Under the pieces are notes generated by a model. The model saw nothing but the letters and a program-made list of their open reading frames with translations, did not search any database and was not told the DNA's origin. Made by a program: the position numbers and the translations under genes. Below, in pieces: positions 53,640-64,000 of a stretch of DNA of 64,000 nucleotides (within the stretch, counting starts at the first letter, position 1; each line of letters starts with the position of its first letter). This stretch comes from an uncultured virus (IMG/VR IMGVR_UViG_3300002231_000068). Taxonomy: Duplodnaviria > Heunggongvirae > Uroviricota > Caudoviricetes. The stretch is taken from the IMG/VR virus record IMGVR_UViG_3300002231_000068; one strand, 5' to 3'.

Positions 53640-54374
53640 TTATGCTCCTTCGAATGTGTGGTTGACAAATACTTTAAGTGTATCGTTTCCAGTCTTTTCG
53701 AAGGCAGATGCAAAGTTAAAGTGACATAATAATTTAGCTGCGTTTGCTGGTGTTGTATTTCCAGCACCGTCAACAATTACTCCACCTTTAAGGTCTGTTG
53801 CGCCTGTAGTATCAAAGTCTCCAGTAGCCCAGTTATATGACCAAGTTACCTGATCGTTTGCACCACCAGTGTTATCTGCATCTCCGTCATTGAAACGAGG
53901 ATAGTTAGTTCTTATGTTTTTAGTAGTATCAATAGAAGCGTGAGAATCATCATATGCACCAGATTGGAAAGTTGTTCCAGATGAACCAGATACTCCATAA
54001 GTATCTCCTTGGTTTGGTGTGACAGTTGCACTGCCTAAAATCATACAACCTCTGGTTGGTTTTGAACCACTTAATGCAGAAACGTGAAATGCTATTCCGT
54101 CTGTTTGAAAGTTAGAATCAGCATATGCAGTTCCATCAGAGCCCTTTAGGGTGATTTTCTTTGCATAATAAATATCTCCGTCTGATGTGACTAAGTTATG
54201 TGTAAACATTGTTTGTTTGTGGTATGTACCGTCACTTTCATATGTGCCTTTTACGATTGTAATATTATCATTTTTGTTAAATTCTACGCCTCTACTTGAG
54301 TAGTTTGGTAGTTTGTCTTTCCATGAGTTGAATTTCTCAATACGCTCATCAGCTGTATTTTCTGTAATTCTCAT
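53640..54374 (-). CDS. Virion structural protein (tail tip region)
   Basis: HNLVT..G, C-terminal FEKTGNDTLKV; own late-type TATA box. Confidence 0.6.
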   Translation of the reverse strand: MRITENTADERIEKFNSWKDKLPNYSSRGVEFNKNDNITIVKGTYESDGTYHKQTMFTHNLVTSDGDIYYAKKITLKGSDGTAYADSNFQTDGIAFHVSALSGSKPTRGCMILGSATVTPNQGDTYGVSGSSGTTFQSGAYDDSHASIDTTKNIRTNYPRFNDGDADNTGGANDQVTWSYNWATGDFDTTGATDLKGGVIVDGAGNTTPANAAKLLCHFNFASAFEKTGNDTLKVFVNHTFEGA

Positions 54375-54426
54375 ACTAATCTAACATAGTTTGGAGTATT
54401 TAAAGATTTTGTGTATACGCCTATGT

Positions 54427-56542
54427 CTAAGCCATATTGGTCACAATATGTGCTTTTTGGGTAGAAATAGCCTCACCAAAGCTTTTATCTAAGTCAAATG
54501 AGTCAAATTGATGTTCTCCTAGGTTAATTATTGTTCTTCCCTGTGGATAAAAATACTCTATACTCATAACTGATAAGGTTAAGGGTGATGTTATTCCATG
54601 TTGAGGTGCTTCTACCTTCACTTGATAGTTTTCTCTTACATGGTTTGCTAGATGTGGAACCGTAATACTTATACGTCTGTCAATTTTACCGAATTTATTA
54701 AAAATTCTTGTTGCTACAGTTGCTAAACCCTCTGTACCTACAAATTGTGGTACTTGAAGTGTTTTTGAATAAAGTCCTAGATTTGCATAATCTCCATCTC
54801 TGGTAGTATAAAACTTGCTTTGGTCATTAACATCCTCATACGTGTAAATTATATCATATCCATCAGATGATGTGTCAAGTGAACCAGCCAAAGTTATACT
54901 CTTATCATTTGCATTAACTCTAAAATTTAGATGTTGAATAAGAGTTTCACCCTGATCAATTTGTGTAAACATGCTACCATTACTATTTCTTTTTACTGAT
55001 GTGGTTATTGGTTTACCTATGAGTTTATTTGATGTTAACGTATAATGACTACCATCAGTTGAAAAATCATTACTTGTTACTTTTCTTGTATGTGACCTTA
55101 ACAAATTACTTGAAATAAGAGTTAATTGTGTAATAACATTACTGTCATCAGTGCCTAAATCTTTTACTCTTGCTTTAGCACCCTGTCTAAATAGTATTTG
55201 ACTTGCATCAATATCATCTGTTTCTAGTAATAAAACACCTCTACCAGTTATCTTAAATGATGTGTTAGATGCTTCATTTAAAGATAATAATAAAATATTG
55301 GCGTATAAAGTTCCAGTCGCAATATAATGATTATAGTTTTCATCCCATTTACTTTCTTCAGCAGTATAAACTATTATGTTATCTAAAGATTGACTATATA
55401 CTTTAACCAAATCTTCTATTATTTCCCATCCTTCTTTTGATTTGTACTCATTTTTAATGATATTTGCGTCACCAGTAGTCCATTTCATTATTCCACCATC
55501 ATTTGTTTCTAATGGATATGTTCCACCAGTTTTTATTTCTATATTATGTAATTTATCAGAAAAACCTTTACAGTGAACAACCTTGTGTGTTACTCTTTCA
55601 TCTATTTTCCATACATTTCCTCCAAACTTACATATTTCTGTAGAAATTCTTGCTCCAGCTAATTCATCATATTCTCCAGATGTTAAATGATATCCACAAT
55701 ACATTCTTACCTGTGCAAGTCTAAATGTCTGTGAACTATTACCAGACCTATCAGCTGCTAAATAAATTGGTGATGTTGAGTTTTGGATTTCCAGTTATTG
55801 TTGCACTGCCTTCAAGATTACCATTTACTGTTAATTTTACTAAGTTATTTTCATCCCTATATACCCTAATCCAATAGTATTTACTTCTTTCAGCACCTTC
55901 ACCAAGTGCACCTCCAGTTCCATATTGTTTTAATTCTGTATGTGTACCAGATGCATTTGATGTACCAAAACCTAAACTTACCATGGTTCCACCTATTGTT
56001 ATATCAGCTCTTGCATAAATAGGGTCACTGTTAGATGCACCAGATTTCCAATATAATTCTATATTATTGGTTGCATCTCCTTTAGCAAATATCCCACTTT
56101 TTCTATCATTTGGATATGTTTTTGCAGAAACAAGTCCTAGAATATCAAACTGTTGACTAAAATCTACTGTGTAATCTGTTGATGTGGTTGCTCTTGGGTC
56201 TGGTATTTGTGGAGCTACTCTTGCAGAATTATTACCATTTAACACTACACCATCACATCCGTGAATATACGTCATTGTTGTTTTAGCTGCATCTGTTTCT
56301 AAAGCATCTAGATTATGACCAGATTCATCTCTTGTACTATATTCAAAATTCCATACACCAGTAAGATATTTTATATTTGTTACATCTTGAATATATAATA
56401 CCTCATCGTGTTTTGCAACTGCTGATTTTCTTGTGAATGTAAATGTACCAGAATCTATTGCCCTTGTACCATTTTTTTCTACATGTGCATTTACTAGTTC
56501 AATAGGTTTGTTATTAACAACACACCTTACTCTATCTTTCAT
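54427..56542 (-). CDS. Baseplate hub/tail-tip protein with LamG-like insertion (split by an indel near 55750)
   Basis: Two consecutive ORFs; GVWNFE..RDESGHN and LTVNG LamG-like motifs; located after Dit-like and TMP genes. Confidence 0.55.
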
Positions 56543-57577
56543 TATGGCATCGTTATGGCTACTTCGTTACTTTTCAAGCCATATCCTCCACCGATATTTT
56601 TAGCTGCTACTTTTATGAAATATTCTTTTCCAGATGCCAAAGATTTTCCTTTTACTTTACTCCATTCAGCATCTGTATATGAACCTGAATCAACATTCAA
56701 AAATGCAGTATTATCAGCATTAGGGTCACCCCATGATACTTCATAGTTTGAACCACCAGTTACGTGCCCTGCAAGTTCTGCATCTCTAGCTGCTGTGTTT
56801 GTATTTGTAGGACTTGCAGCTGCTTGATAAACTGATACTGTAAAGTCTGGTTCACCACCATATGATGATTCTCCATCTTTTATCCATATGCCATACCCTG
56901 TAACTGTGCTCGAAGAATCGCTTGGTACAGACCATGAAACCATCATTCTAGTTTTAGTTCCACTTGCACCACCAGTTGCGTTTACAGTTGCTGTTGCAAC
57001 ATTTCTTGGTTCACTTGGTGCGTCTGATTCATAAATTGAAATTACATTACCCATGACAAATGTTATACTCAGATCCCATACTACTGGTGAATTACCAGAT
57101 ATATTGGCATTAATTCTTGTAATGAAACCCTCCATTACATCTACATCTTCACCTAATTTTATAAAATATCTATCTGAAATATCTTTACCTTGAAACTGAC
57201 CTAATAACCAACTTACTACTCTACCAGCACTGTCTGATGAAACAGCATCACTCCAAGATGCAGTAGATGAGCTACCAGCATAATACTCTTCTATATCTGT
57301 ACTTATTCCACTTGTTAATAATAAACTGTTACATTGTTGAGGTTTTGGAAATGAATCTGCTACTTTCCAGTTTACTGTTACTGTTTGTGTGTTACCCTCC
57401 ATTTTTACCAGTACATTCTCACTAGCGTCTTCTTGAGGCAATGCCATAGGTGATACTGGTTGATCTAATGAAACCATAATACTTTCTAAGTTATTTATTT
57501 CGTATCTCCAAGTTTTTGCTTACACCAGATGCCTCATGCATTGATGAATTTTTATAAAATAACAATGATTTGACCAT
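56542..57577 (-). CDS. Distal tail (Dit-like) protein with fibronectin type III domain (5' end disrupted by indels)
   Basis: APSEPRNV...VSWSVPSD...TGYGI...YFIKVAAKNIGGGYG; immediately after the TMP gene. Confidence 0.6.
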
Positions 57578-59289
57578 TATACTCTACCTCTCCTTGTATT
57601 TGATTCTTGTATCACATTAAGTATTGTTTGTCTCAGATTATTTAAGTCTTGCGATGAACCACTCATATTTTGTATGTTAACTGTAATACTTGTACCACCA
57701 CCAATACTACCTAATTTTTTATCTGGTACAACAGTTTCATTTCCAGCTTCACCCATTAAATATTGTTGACCACTTTTACCTATACCCATTATAGGCTCTG
57801 TGATATGACCACCTTCAGCCCATGACCATGGATTCCAACTATTATTATTATTACTACTACTATTGGTATCAGTACTTTTACCACCCCATTTATTTTCTGA
57901 TAGTGGGTTTAACCAATCTAATACATTATCCCAAATTTGACCCCAATCAGCTGCTATGCCATCAATTCCATTCCAGAACCAATCATAAATAGTTTGCCAT
58001 ATACCTGTGAAATTATCTTGCATGTTTTTTATTCCACCCCAGAACCATCCATAAACAGTACCCCATAAATTATTCCAGTATGCAGCTACACCTTCTATAC
58101 CATCACTAAACCATGTCCATATCTCACCCCAGAATTTATTCCAGTTTGAATATGTTCTTGATAATCCATCACTAAACCATGTTTCTACATCTTTAGCCCA
58201 GTTTGAAAAGTCAACAGCAGCTGCACTTAATCCATTTCTAAACCAAGTTCCTACTGCTCTACCCCATTCATTAAACCATTTGTTATTACCTATACCAAAC
58301 AAACCAGCTATAAAGTCTGAAACTGCAAATAAAGGTACTACTGCTTTAAGTGTATCAAATATTGCTTTACCCCAATCAACTTCACCCCATAAAGCTGCGA
58401 ATGCTCCACCCACATCTCCATTAGCTAATGCTGTTAATGCTCCAGCTAGTTTTGTACCAATCTCATTACCCCATTTCATCATTTGTGGGTACATCTTTGT
58501 ATACCATGGTATAATGAATTTTCTAAGTAACATAATCATAATAGGTCTCATTAAGAAACCAAAGAAGTCACCTATTGGTCTTAATATCATCATGATACCA
58601 AAATTAAGTAATTTGTAAATTTGTTGAAACATTGGTGATGCATCTAATGCTTTCTTTAATATTCCTATGATAACTCCAGCTGAACCAGCACCTATCATCA
58701 TACCCATTTTATGTTTTCCAAAAAATTGTTTTGCACCAGATAATTGTTCTACTAATTTACCAGAACTATCAACTTTTCCCTGTGCACTATCTCTTCTACC
58801 TTCTAACCCTTCTTTTGCTCTTTCTAAAGTAGATCTTTCTTTTGGATCTAAAGCAGTATCATTTAATCTCTCATTTAGATTTTTTAATGATGATTCTAAA
58901 CTTGCTAATTCTTGTTGATTATTTTCATATTGTTGAGCTAATTTTTCAGCTTTACCAGTTAACATCCCAAAAGCTGCACCTATTGGTAATCCTTTTGTTA
59001 ACATACCAGTGAATAATTTCATTTGATTACCACCATCAGATAATGCTTTAGCGTGGTCTTTATTCATTCTAACCTGTCTACCACGTTCTTTCTCTAATTC
59101 AATTTTCAAAAGAGCCTGAGTTTTATGCCAATCCTTGTTTCCAGCAGATGCTTGACCAGTTGTATTGCCAAAATCATCTAGTTTTGAGTTTAATTTTTCG
59201 ATTGTCTTAGTAAGCATCTCGAATAGCTTATCTAAGTCTTTTACCTCAGTAAAATCTGAATTATCTCCTTCTGGACTACTCATATTCAT
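57577..59289 (-). CDS. Tape measure protein
   Basis: Helical, with periodic Trp repeats; C-terminal AEGGHITEP...GEAGNETVVP; follows the tail chaperones. Confidence 0.85.
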   Translation of the reverse strand: MNMSSPEGDNSDFTEVKDLDKLFEMLTKTIEKLNSKLDDFGNTTGQASAGNKDWHKTQALLKIELEKERGRQVRMNKDHAKALSDGGNQMKLFTGMLTKGLPIGAAFGMLTGKAEKLAQQYENNQQELASLESSLKNLNERLNDTALDPKERSTLERAKEGLEGRRDSAQGKVDSSGKLVEQLSGAKQFFGKHKMGMMIGAGSAGVIIGILKKALDASPMFQQIYKLLNFGIMMILRPIGDFFGFLMRPIMIMLLRKFIIPWYTKMYPQMMKWGNEIGTKLAGALTALANGDVGGAFAALWGEVDWGKAIFDTLKAVVPLFAVSDFIAGLFGIGNNKWFNEWGRAVGTWFRNGLSAAAVDFSNWAKDVETWFSDGLSRTYSNWNKFWGEIWTWFSDGIEGVAAYWNNLWGTVYGWFWGGIKNMQDNFTGIWQTIYDWFWNGIDGIAADWGQIWDNVLDWLNPLSENKWGGKSTDTNSSSNNNNSWNPWSWAEGGHITEPIMGIGKSGQQYLMGEAGNETVVPDKKLGSIGGGTSITVNIQNMSGSSQDLNNLRQTILNVIQESNTRRGRV

Positions 59290-59317
59290 TTATAAGGGTC
59301 ACAATATAAAAAGATAT

Positions 59318-59832
59318 CTACATGAATTTCTTTACTTGTTTAGACTGTCGTGCACTCATAGCTCTATTTTCCTTATCTCTTTCCTCTTTAAGCACGGCTA
59401 ATAATTTCTTTATATACTTAGAATCTTGAGCATCTACTGTTCTTTGATCCCAGCCAAATTCTATGGCGCAGACATAGTAAATTCCGAATCTTGCTCGTTC
59501 GGATCCAGTGAGCCTGTAAAACTCTCCACCCACTCCCCTAAGTATTTCGCTAAAGGGTAGTCTTTCATGACCTCCTTCATGATTTGGTTTGCCTGTTTCG
59601 ATTTAAGATTTCTTATTGAAACTGCATCCCCTGTAGGAAATGGTGCTTTTGTCAAGACTTTCATAAGTATTGAGAATCTGTATTTTGGGATATTAACTTT
59701 AGGTTTTGAAACATCTGATAAATCTATTGCACTTTGAAGTATTGCTTCCAATTCTCCATATGTAATATCGTCATCATATTCTATAGTTTCTTTACCATTA
59801 ATCCAATCTATCTCGAAACTTTTGGTTGTCAT
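59318..59832 (-). CDS. Tail assembly chaperone pair (G/GT type) with probable -1 frameshift
   Basis: 123-aa ORF overlapped by an open -1 frame (FGWDQRTVD) between the tail tube and TMP genes. Confidence 0.75.
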
Positions 59833-59872
59833 AACTTTATAAAATTACTTTTAACTTATAAACCTATTGGTT

Positions 59873-60847
59873 TTAAGTGTTGTCTACGTCTACTTTAGCT
59901 GCTTTGATTTGCCAGTTAATCTCTTCGAATACTGGTTCTACTGGCTCTAATCCAGTTACTGTGTGGTCTGCTATTCCTAAACCATATCCAGTTATTTTAA
60001 GTGTTTTTGGATTTGATGCACCGTTTGTAAAGAACAATTCTAATTGTGGTGAACCACCGATTTCTTCTTTATAACCTGAACCTTTTAATTGTAAGATTAC
60101 TTCTCTTAATAATGTATCGTTAAGTAATGATGCTTTGAATCTACCAGTAATATCTAATGTTCTTTTAATACCAGTTACTGCTTGGTTACTACCTAATTGG
60201 TATAATAAATCACCATTGTTGTTAAATGTAATATCTACTTCTTGAACTTCTGCTATTGTTGAACCACCAATCTTTAATGAACCATGTGCAAATGTAAATG
60301 GCTGTGAGGCTTCTGTAGGTGCTCCACTAAATTCACCAGATGCGTTACTTGGTGCGTCTTCTTTTCCGTATTGAATATCTGCTGTACAGTTTACAACATC
60401 ATTAACTGCTGTTGTTATGTTCAAACTATTCAAAATACATCCTTTTAGAGTTCTTATGATATATTCACCCTCTCCATTAAAACCTATTTCTGTAGAAAGT
60501 GATTTTCCTACAAATGTTTTATTTGCTTGACCTTGACCACTGTTAGTTGCTGAACCATAAACATATGCGCCAGCTGAACCAGTTCTTGGATAAAATGCCT
60601 GAAATAGTTCATGTGATGTTGAATCACCAAATACAAATCCTAATGAAAGAGTACCAGTTTGAGTACCATATGCGTATTTATGTGGTTCTACTTGACCAAG
60701 AGCGCCTAATTGCTGTCTATTGGTTGATAAAGTCCATCCAGATACAGCAGTCTTTAAACCGAATGATTTATCGATTGTGGCTGAACCACCAAATGTTGAG
60801 GTTTCTAAACCAAAAGCTGCGTATGCATATGCACCTGTTCGTACCAT
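59873..60847 (-). CDS. Major tail tube protein
   Basis: FGLETSTFG, PFTFAHGSL, ITFNNN, RTLDITGRF; canonical position. Confidence 0.8.
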   Translation of the reverse strand: MVRTGAYAYAAFGLETSTFGGSATIDKSFGLKTAVSGWTLSTNRQQLGALGQVEPHKYAYGTQTGTLSLGFVFGDSTSHELFQAFYPRTGSAGAYVYGSATNSGQGQANKTFVGKSLSTEIGFNGEGEYIIRTLKGCILNSLNITTAVNDVVNCTADIQYGKEDAPSNASGEFSGAPTEASQPFTFAHGSLKIGGSTIAEVQEVDITFNNNGDLLYQLGSNQAVTGIKRTLDITGRFKASLLNDTLLREVILQLKGSGYKEEIGGSPQLELFFTNGASNPKTLKITGYGLGIADHTVTGLEPVEPVFEEINWQIKAAKVDVDNT

Positions 60848-60883
60848 ATATACTGAAAGTTAGTTACTGTATTTAAAGATTTC

Positions 60884-61303
60884 TTATACAGGGTTCATTT
60901 TACGCATTGAAACCGTGACTATATGATTAAACATATTACGCATGTATTGATTTCTTGTGTATGATGCTATGATTCTAAGGTCTACATAGTCATTTCCACC
61001 CCTTATTTTATCCTTTAAAATCTTCATAGTCTCTTTTACCACATTATTATGTCTATCATCATTTTGATAGGTTCTAATGTCAAAATCTACAGTTACATCA
61101 TGAAAATGGTCTGTACCAAAAAGACTGAAATACTTAACATCCTCTGCTTTTGGGGTTATTATTATCTGGTCTCTCCTATCATCAATAAATCCTACAGTTC
61201 TTTTTTCCCATGCTTTTTGGATATTTGGTGCTTGACCAGCAGTCCAATTATCTGTAAGTATTGTGATTATAGTATTAACTACATCATAATTTGCTGTACC
61301 CAT
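60884..61303 (-). CDS. Tail terminator-like protein
   Basis: 139 aa, directly before the tail tube gene. Confidence 0.6.
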   Translation of the reverse strand: MGTANYDVVNTIITILTDNWTAGQAPNIQKAWEKRTVGFIDDRRDQIIITPKAEDVKYFSLFGTDHFHDVTVDFDIRTYQNDDRHNNVVKETMKILKDKIRGGNDYVDLRIIASYTRNQYMRNMFNHIVTVSMRKMNPV

Positions 61304-61972
61304 TATGAACCACTCCTATAAGGATAAGACTCAGTATATGGAAAATTAGTCCATTTATCATTTAAACCATAACTACCCTCTCTAGGTCTCATGGCTTTTG
61401 TCATAACATCCCATTGTTTATCTGTCATATCTGATGGTCTTCTACCTACATACCATACTTTTCTTTGATATTTTATACGCTGTTGAATCTACTAATTCTT
61501 CTTTTTGTTTCGGTGTAAGAAGTGTTTCTATAGTTCTACCAAAATTGTTATTATATTCATTTACTAAATCGTTGTTTGTCATACCAGCAAATTTTTTTGA
61601 TTTAACCCATTTTTTAACATTTGATATATTTGGTTTATAGGTTGCTGGTAAAATGTATCTAGCATATCCTTCTGGTAATTTTTCTTCTGGAAATTGACCA
61701 CTTTTATTCATAGCAACTACATCTGGAGGTTCTTCATAAAGACTTTCTTTTGGTTGAAATAAAGCAGTAAATCTTTTTACAATATCCAGCATTGATTCTG
61801 GATCTGTTAATTTTATATCTTTTACTCCTACAGGTGTATTAACCATTACTTTTTTACCATTTAAACTTGAATTAAAACCAGCTTCGTTAAACAATCTTAC
61901 GGCTTGTTTTCTAAAGTATCTTTCTATTTTCATTATGGTATCACGAATAGCTCCCTTCTGTTTTCGATACAC
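61303..61972 (-). CDS. Neck/head-tail joining protein (indel near 61445)
   Basis: Lies between adaptor and terminator; coding-like sequence continues to 61303. Confidence 0.45.
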
Positions 61973-62568
61973 TTTTCAATATCTTCCTCCCATTTTCTTT
62001 TGGATTCCGATACGTTTGTCATACCACCAGTAGGGAGTTCATCCATTCTGAAACTTGTATTGAGTAACTCTATACATGTCATTTTAATTACAGCATCTTG
62101 AATATCTGCTGGTATATTTGTATCACCAGCAAATTCTTGTCCACCATATCTGTAAGTAACTCTAACTCTATTCTTTCTTAAGATTGAAAATATAAAACCT
62201 CTTAAATATAATCTACCATATTCATATTCAATATCATACCATGATGAGCTTCCTAAAATATCACTCCATGATGCACTTGCACCCTCCCATATTTCTATCT
62301 TATCTCCTTGATCTGCATCTAACTCATAAATATTTCTATGTTGTAAGAATAATGGTGTACCCCATCCATAAGTGTAAAGTAGTGGTAAATCATGAACTTC
62401 TCTTGTTACTTTTTTTGATCTCCATGCATGACCTATTCGACGTTCTAACTCTTCTTCTTTTCTGTTAATGAGTTTTGTAACCTGTTTTTTATTTGGAGTA
62501 GTAGTAGAGGTAATAGGTACCCTGAGGTAATCAGCGACATCTCCAACTGAACAATAAGTCGTAGCCAT
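61933..62568 (-). CDS. Head-tail adaptor protein
   Basis: TYCSVGDVADYL, VRVTYRYG...IPADIQDAVIKM. Confidence 0.8.
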   Translation of the reverse strand: MATTYCSVGDVADYLRVPITSTTTPNKKQVTKLINRKEEELERRIGHAWRSKKVTREVHDLPLLYTYGWGTPLFLQHRNIYELDADQGDKIEIWEGASASWSDILGSSSWYDIEYEYGRLYLRGFIFSILRKNRVRVTYRYGGQEFAGDTNIPADIQDAVIKMTCIELLNTSFRMDELPTGGMTNVSESKRKWEEDIEKCIENRRELFVIP

Positions 62569-62611
62569 ATAAGTCTTAATGAGCCACTATATTTAAAGAT
62601 ATTCACCACGA

Positions 62612-62881
62612 CTACTTGAAAACAACTGTATATTCAGCTGTACCTGTGATATCTGCAAATATACCATCTTCAAATCGTCTGTTGATTCCTACATATGTTC
62701 CTTGGTTCTCAGAGAATATTGTGAATTCTGCTGTACCACTGGCTGATGTGCCATTTTTAAATATGCATTTTGAACCTGAACTACCAGTCTTTGAAACATA
62801 GACTGATACTATAACTCCATGTGCACCTTTGATTGTTGTATCTGAATTAAAAGATACTACATTGTGGTTATATTCTACCAT
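62612..62881 (-). CDS. Small beta-rich virion protein
   Basis: 89 aa, FEDGIFADITG; own TATA box. Confidence 0.55.
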   Translation of the reverse strand: MVEYNHNVVSFNSDTTIKGAHGVIVSVYVSKTGSSGSKCIFKNGTSASGTAEFTIFSENQGTYVGINRRFEDGIFADITGTAEYTVVFK

Positions 62882-62953
62882 GAATTATATGATAATTACG
62901 AATATATAAGGATTATGCCTCATAAAGAAAAAAAAAGTCGGCTATTTTGGACT

Positions 62954-63310
62954 CTAGTAGCCTATGACTAGAAACTCGAATACTTTGTTTGCGATTGAGG
63001 TGCTATTTGCTACTTCTGCAAATGTTGCGCCTGCTGAACCACCTACGGAGTATAGTTTGATTTTACTATTGGCTTTGTCATATTCTACTTTGTATAGTGA
63101 ATCTGTAAATTCAGGTATCACTGCAACGAGTGTAGAAATTCTGCTCTCTGTGAGATCAGCTGCCACTCCGTTGGTTGCATAAGCGTCAGAACCACCAGCA
63201 GTGACTTTGACCTTATAAATTCGCAGTTTTGAAGTTAAAGCTGCTTGCCATGAGAGTGTTTTTCTCACGTTAGCTGCTGTCCAGTCGGATGTACTTACTG
63301 TAACTGCCAT
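62954..63310 (-). CDS. Putative head decoration protein
   Basis: 118 aa directly after the capsid gene; YATNG, YDKANSKIKLY, EVAN, C-terminal IGY. Confidence 0.55.
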   Translation of the reverse strand: MAVTVSTSDWTAANVRKTLSWQAALTSKLRIYKVKVTAGGSDAYATNGVAADLTESRISTLVAVIPEFTDSLYKVEYDKANSKIKLYSVGGSAGATFAEVANSTSIANKVFEFLVIGY

Positions 63311-63373
63311 ATAAAAGTGTAGTATCTACCTATATATAAAGATTAAAAAAAGAAAAAAGGGGATGGTATGTGA

Positions 63374-64000
63374 CTAAAGTTTAATATCTCTAATCTTACC
63401 TTGTGATTTGAAGTGTCTACAGACTGTTTCACCCATAGTTCTGAATACACCTTTCTCAACAAATGCATTGTTGACAAATGGATATGCAGGGGTTCTTCGA
63501 GTTGCTTCGTAATATTCGGTTGGAATTGCTACTTGAATTCCGATTCTTGGATATCCGTAACCTTCAGCATCGGATGTGTCCAATGCGAATAGTCTACCGA
63601 TTTCTGCTGAGTCGGATGAGTTGCTTGGTGCATCCTTTGAAGGGATGAATGGGATTCCATAGATTGAATCTACGTGAATACCTACACCTGTTCCTTTGAA
63701 ACTTTGAATTCCATTTACGTCGACTTGTACGAGTGCTTCACCGTATGGATTTGGAATACGGACTGAAGGCATGTATAAGCCTTGGATTTCAGAGTATACT
63801 TCGTGGGAACCGAGGAATACGTTTGGATCTTTACCAGCTGCAATACGGATCTTTCTTAGGAAAGTTCGTAGTGTGTCGTCGGTAAGGACTCCGTTGGTGC
63901 CTATTGTACCAGAAGCTGACTCTACTGTTGAATCAAAGTCACTTGCGTTATCACGGTTGATGTCTGCGTTAGCTGCCCAAGGATTATAGAATTTTCCATT
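63374..64000 (-). CDS. Major capsid protein, C-terminal part (enters from window edge)
   Basis: Frame is open to 64000; IYGIPFIPSKD and GETVCRHFKSQGKIRDI fit HK97-fold C-termini; T-tract terminator follows. Confidence 0.8.
   Translation of the reverse strand, partial: NGKFYNPWAANADINRDNASDFDSTVESASGTIGTNGVLTDDTLRTFLRKIRIAAGKDPNVFLGSHEVYSEIQGLYMPSVRIPNPYGEALVQVDVNGIQSFKGTGVGIHVDSIYGIPFIPSKDAPSNSSDSAEIGRLFALDTSDAEGYGYPRIGIQVAIPTEYYEATRRTPAYPFVNNAFVEKGVFRTMGETVCRHFKSQGKIRDIKL

Overview
The window is most of a low-GC head-tail (HK97-fold, siphovirus-like) archaeal virus genome. The host is probably a marine Nitrosopumilus-like thaumarchaeon, inferred from RadA, MCM, Hjc, BRE/TATA promoters and leaderless genes. 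The map looks circularly permuted: portal, prohead protease and a truncated scaffold run off the left edge on the minus strand, and the major capsid gene enters at the right edge, followed by neck, tail tube, frameshifting tail chaperone, tape measure, tail tip, fibres, a ~9 kb repeat protein gene, Cas4-like, TGT-like and terminase genes. The most unusual region is 8.3-14.5 kb, an array of one- or two-gene cassettes. Each is built as [promoter motif A ATAGTAAGnCTTAWTA - leaderless ORF 37-39 nt downstream - T-tract terminator - 15-bp motif B ACGCTTAWKWACCCC]. The array includes a gene-free cluster of five B copies and two promoter-driven ~50-nt hairpin units with little or no coding capacity. 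A separate multi-stem non-coding RNA candidate (5962-6080) ends in a sequence resembling the 16S anti-Shine-Dalgarno. Many genes carry single-base indels in homopolymers, most likely sequencing errors. All product calls come from motif recognition by eye; no database searches were run.
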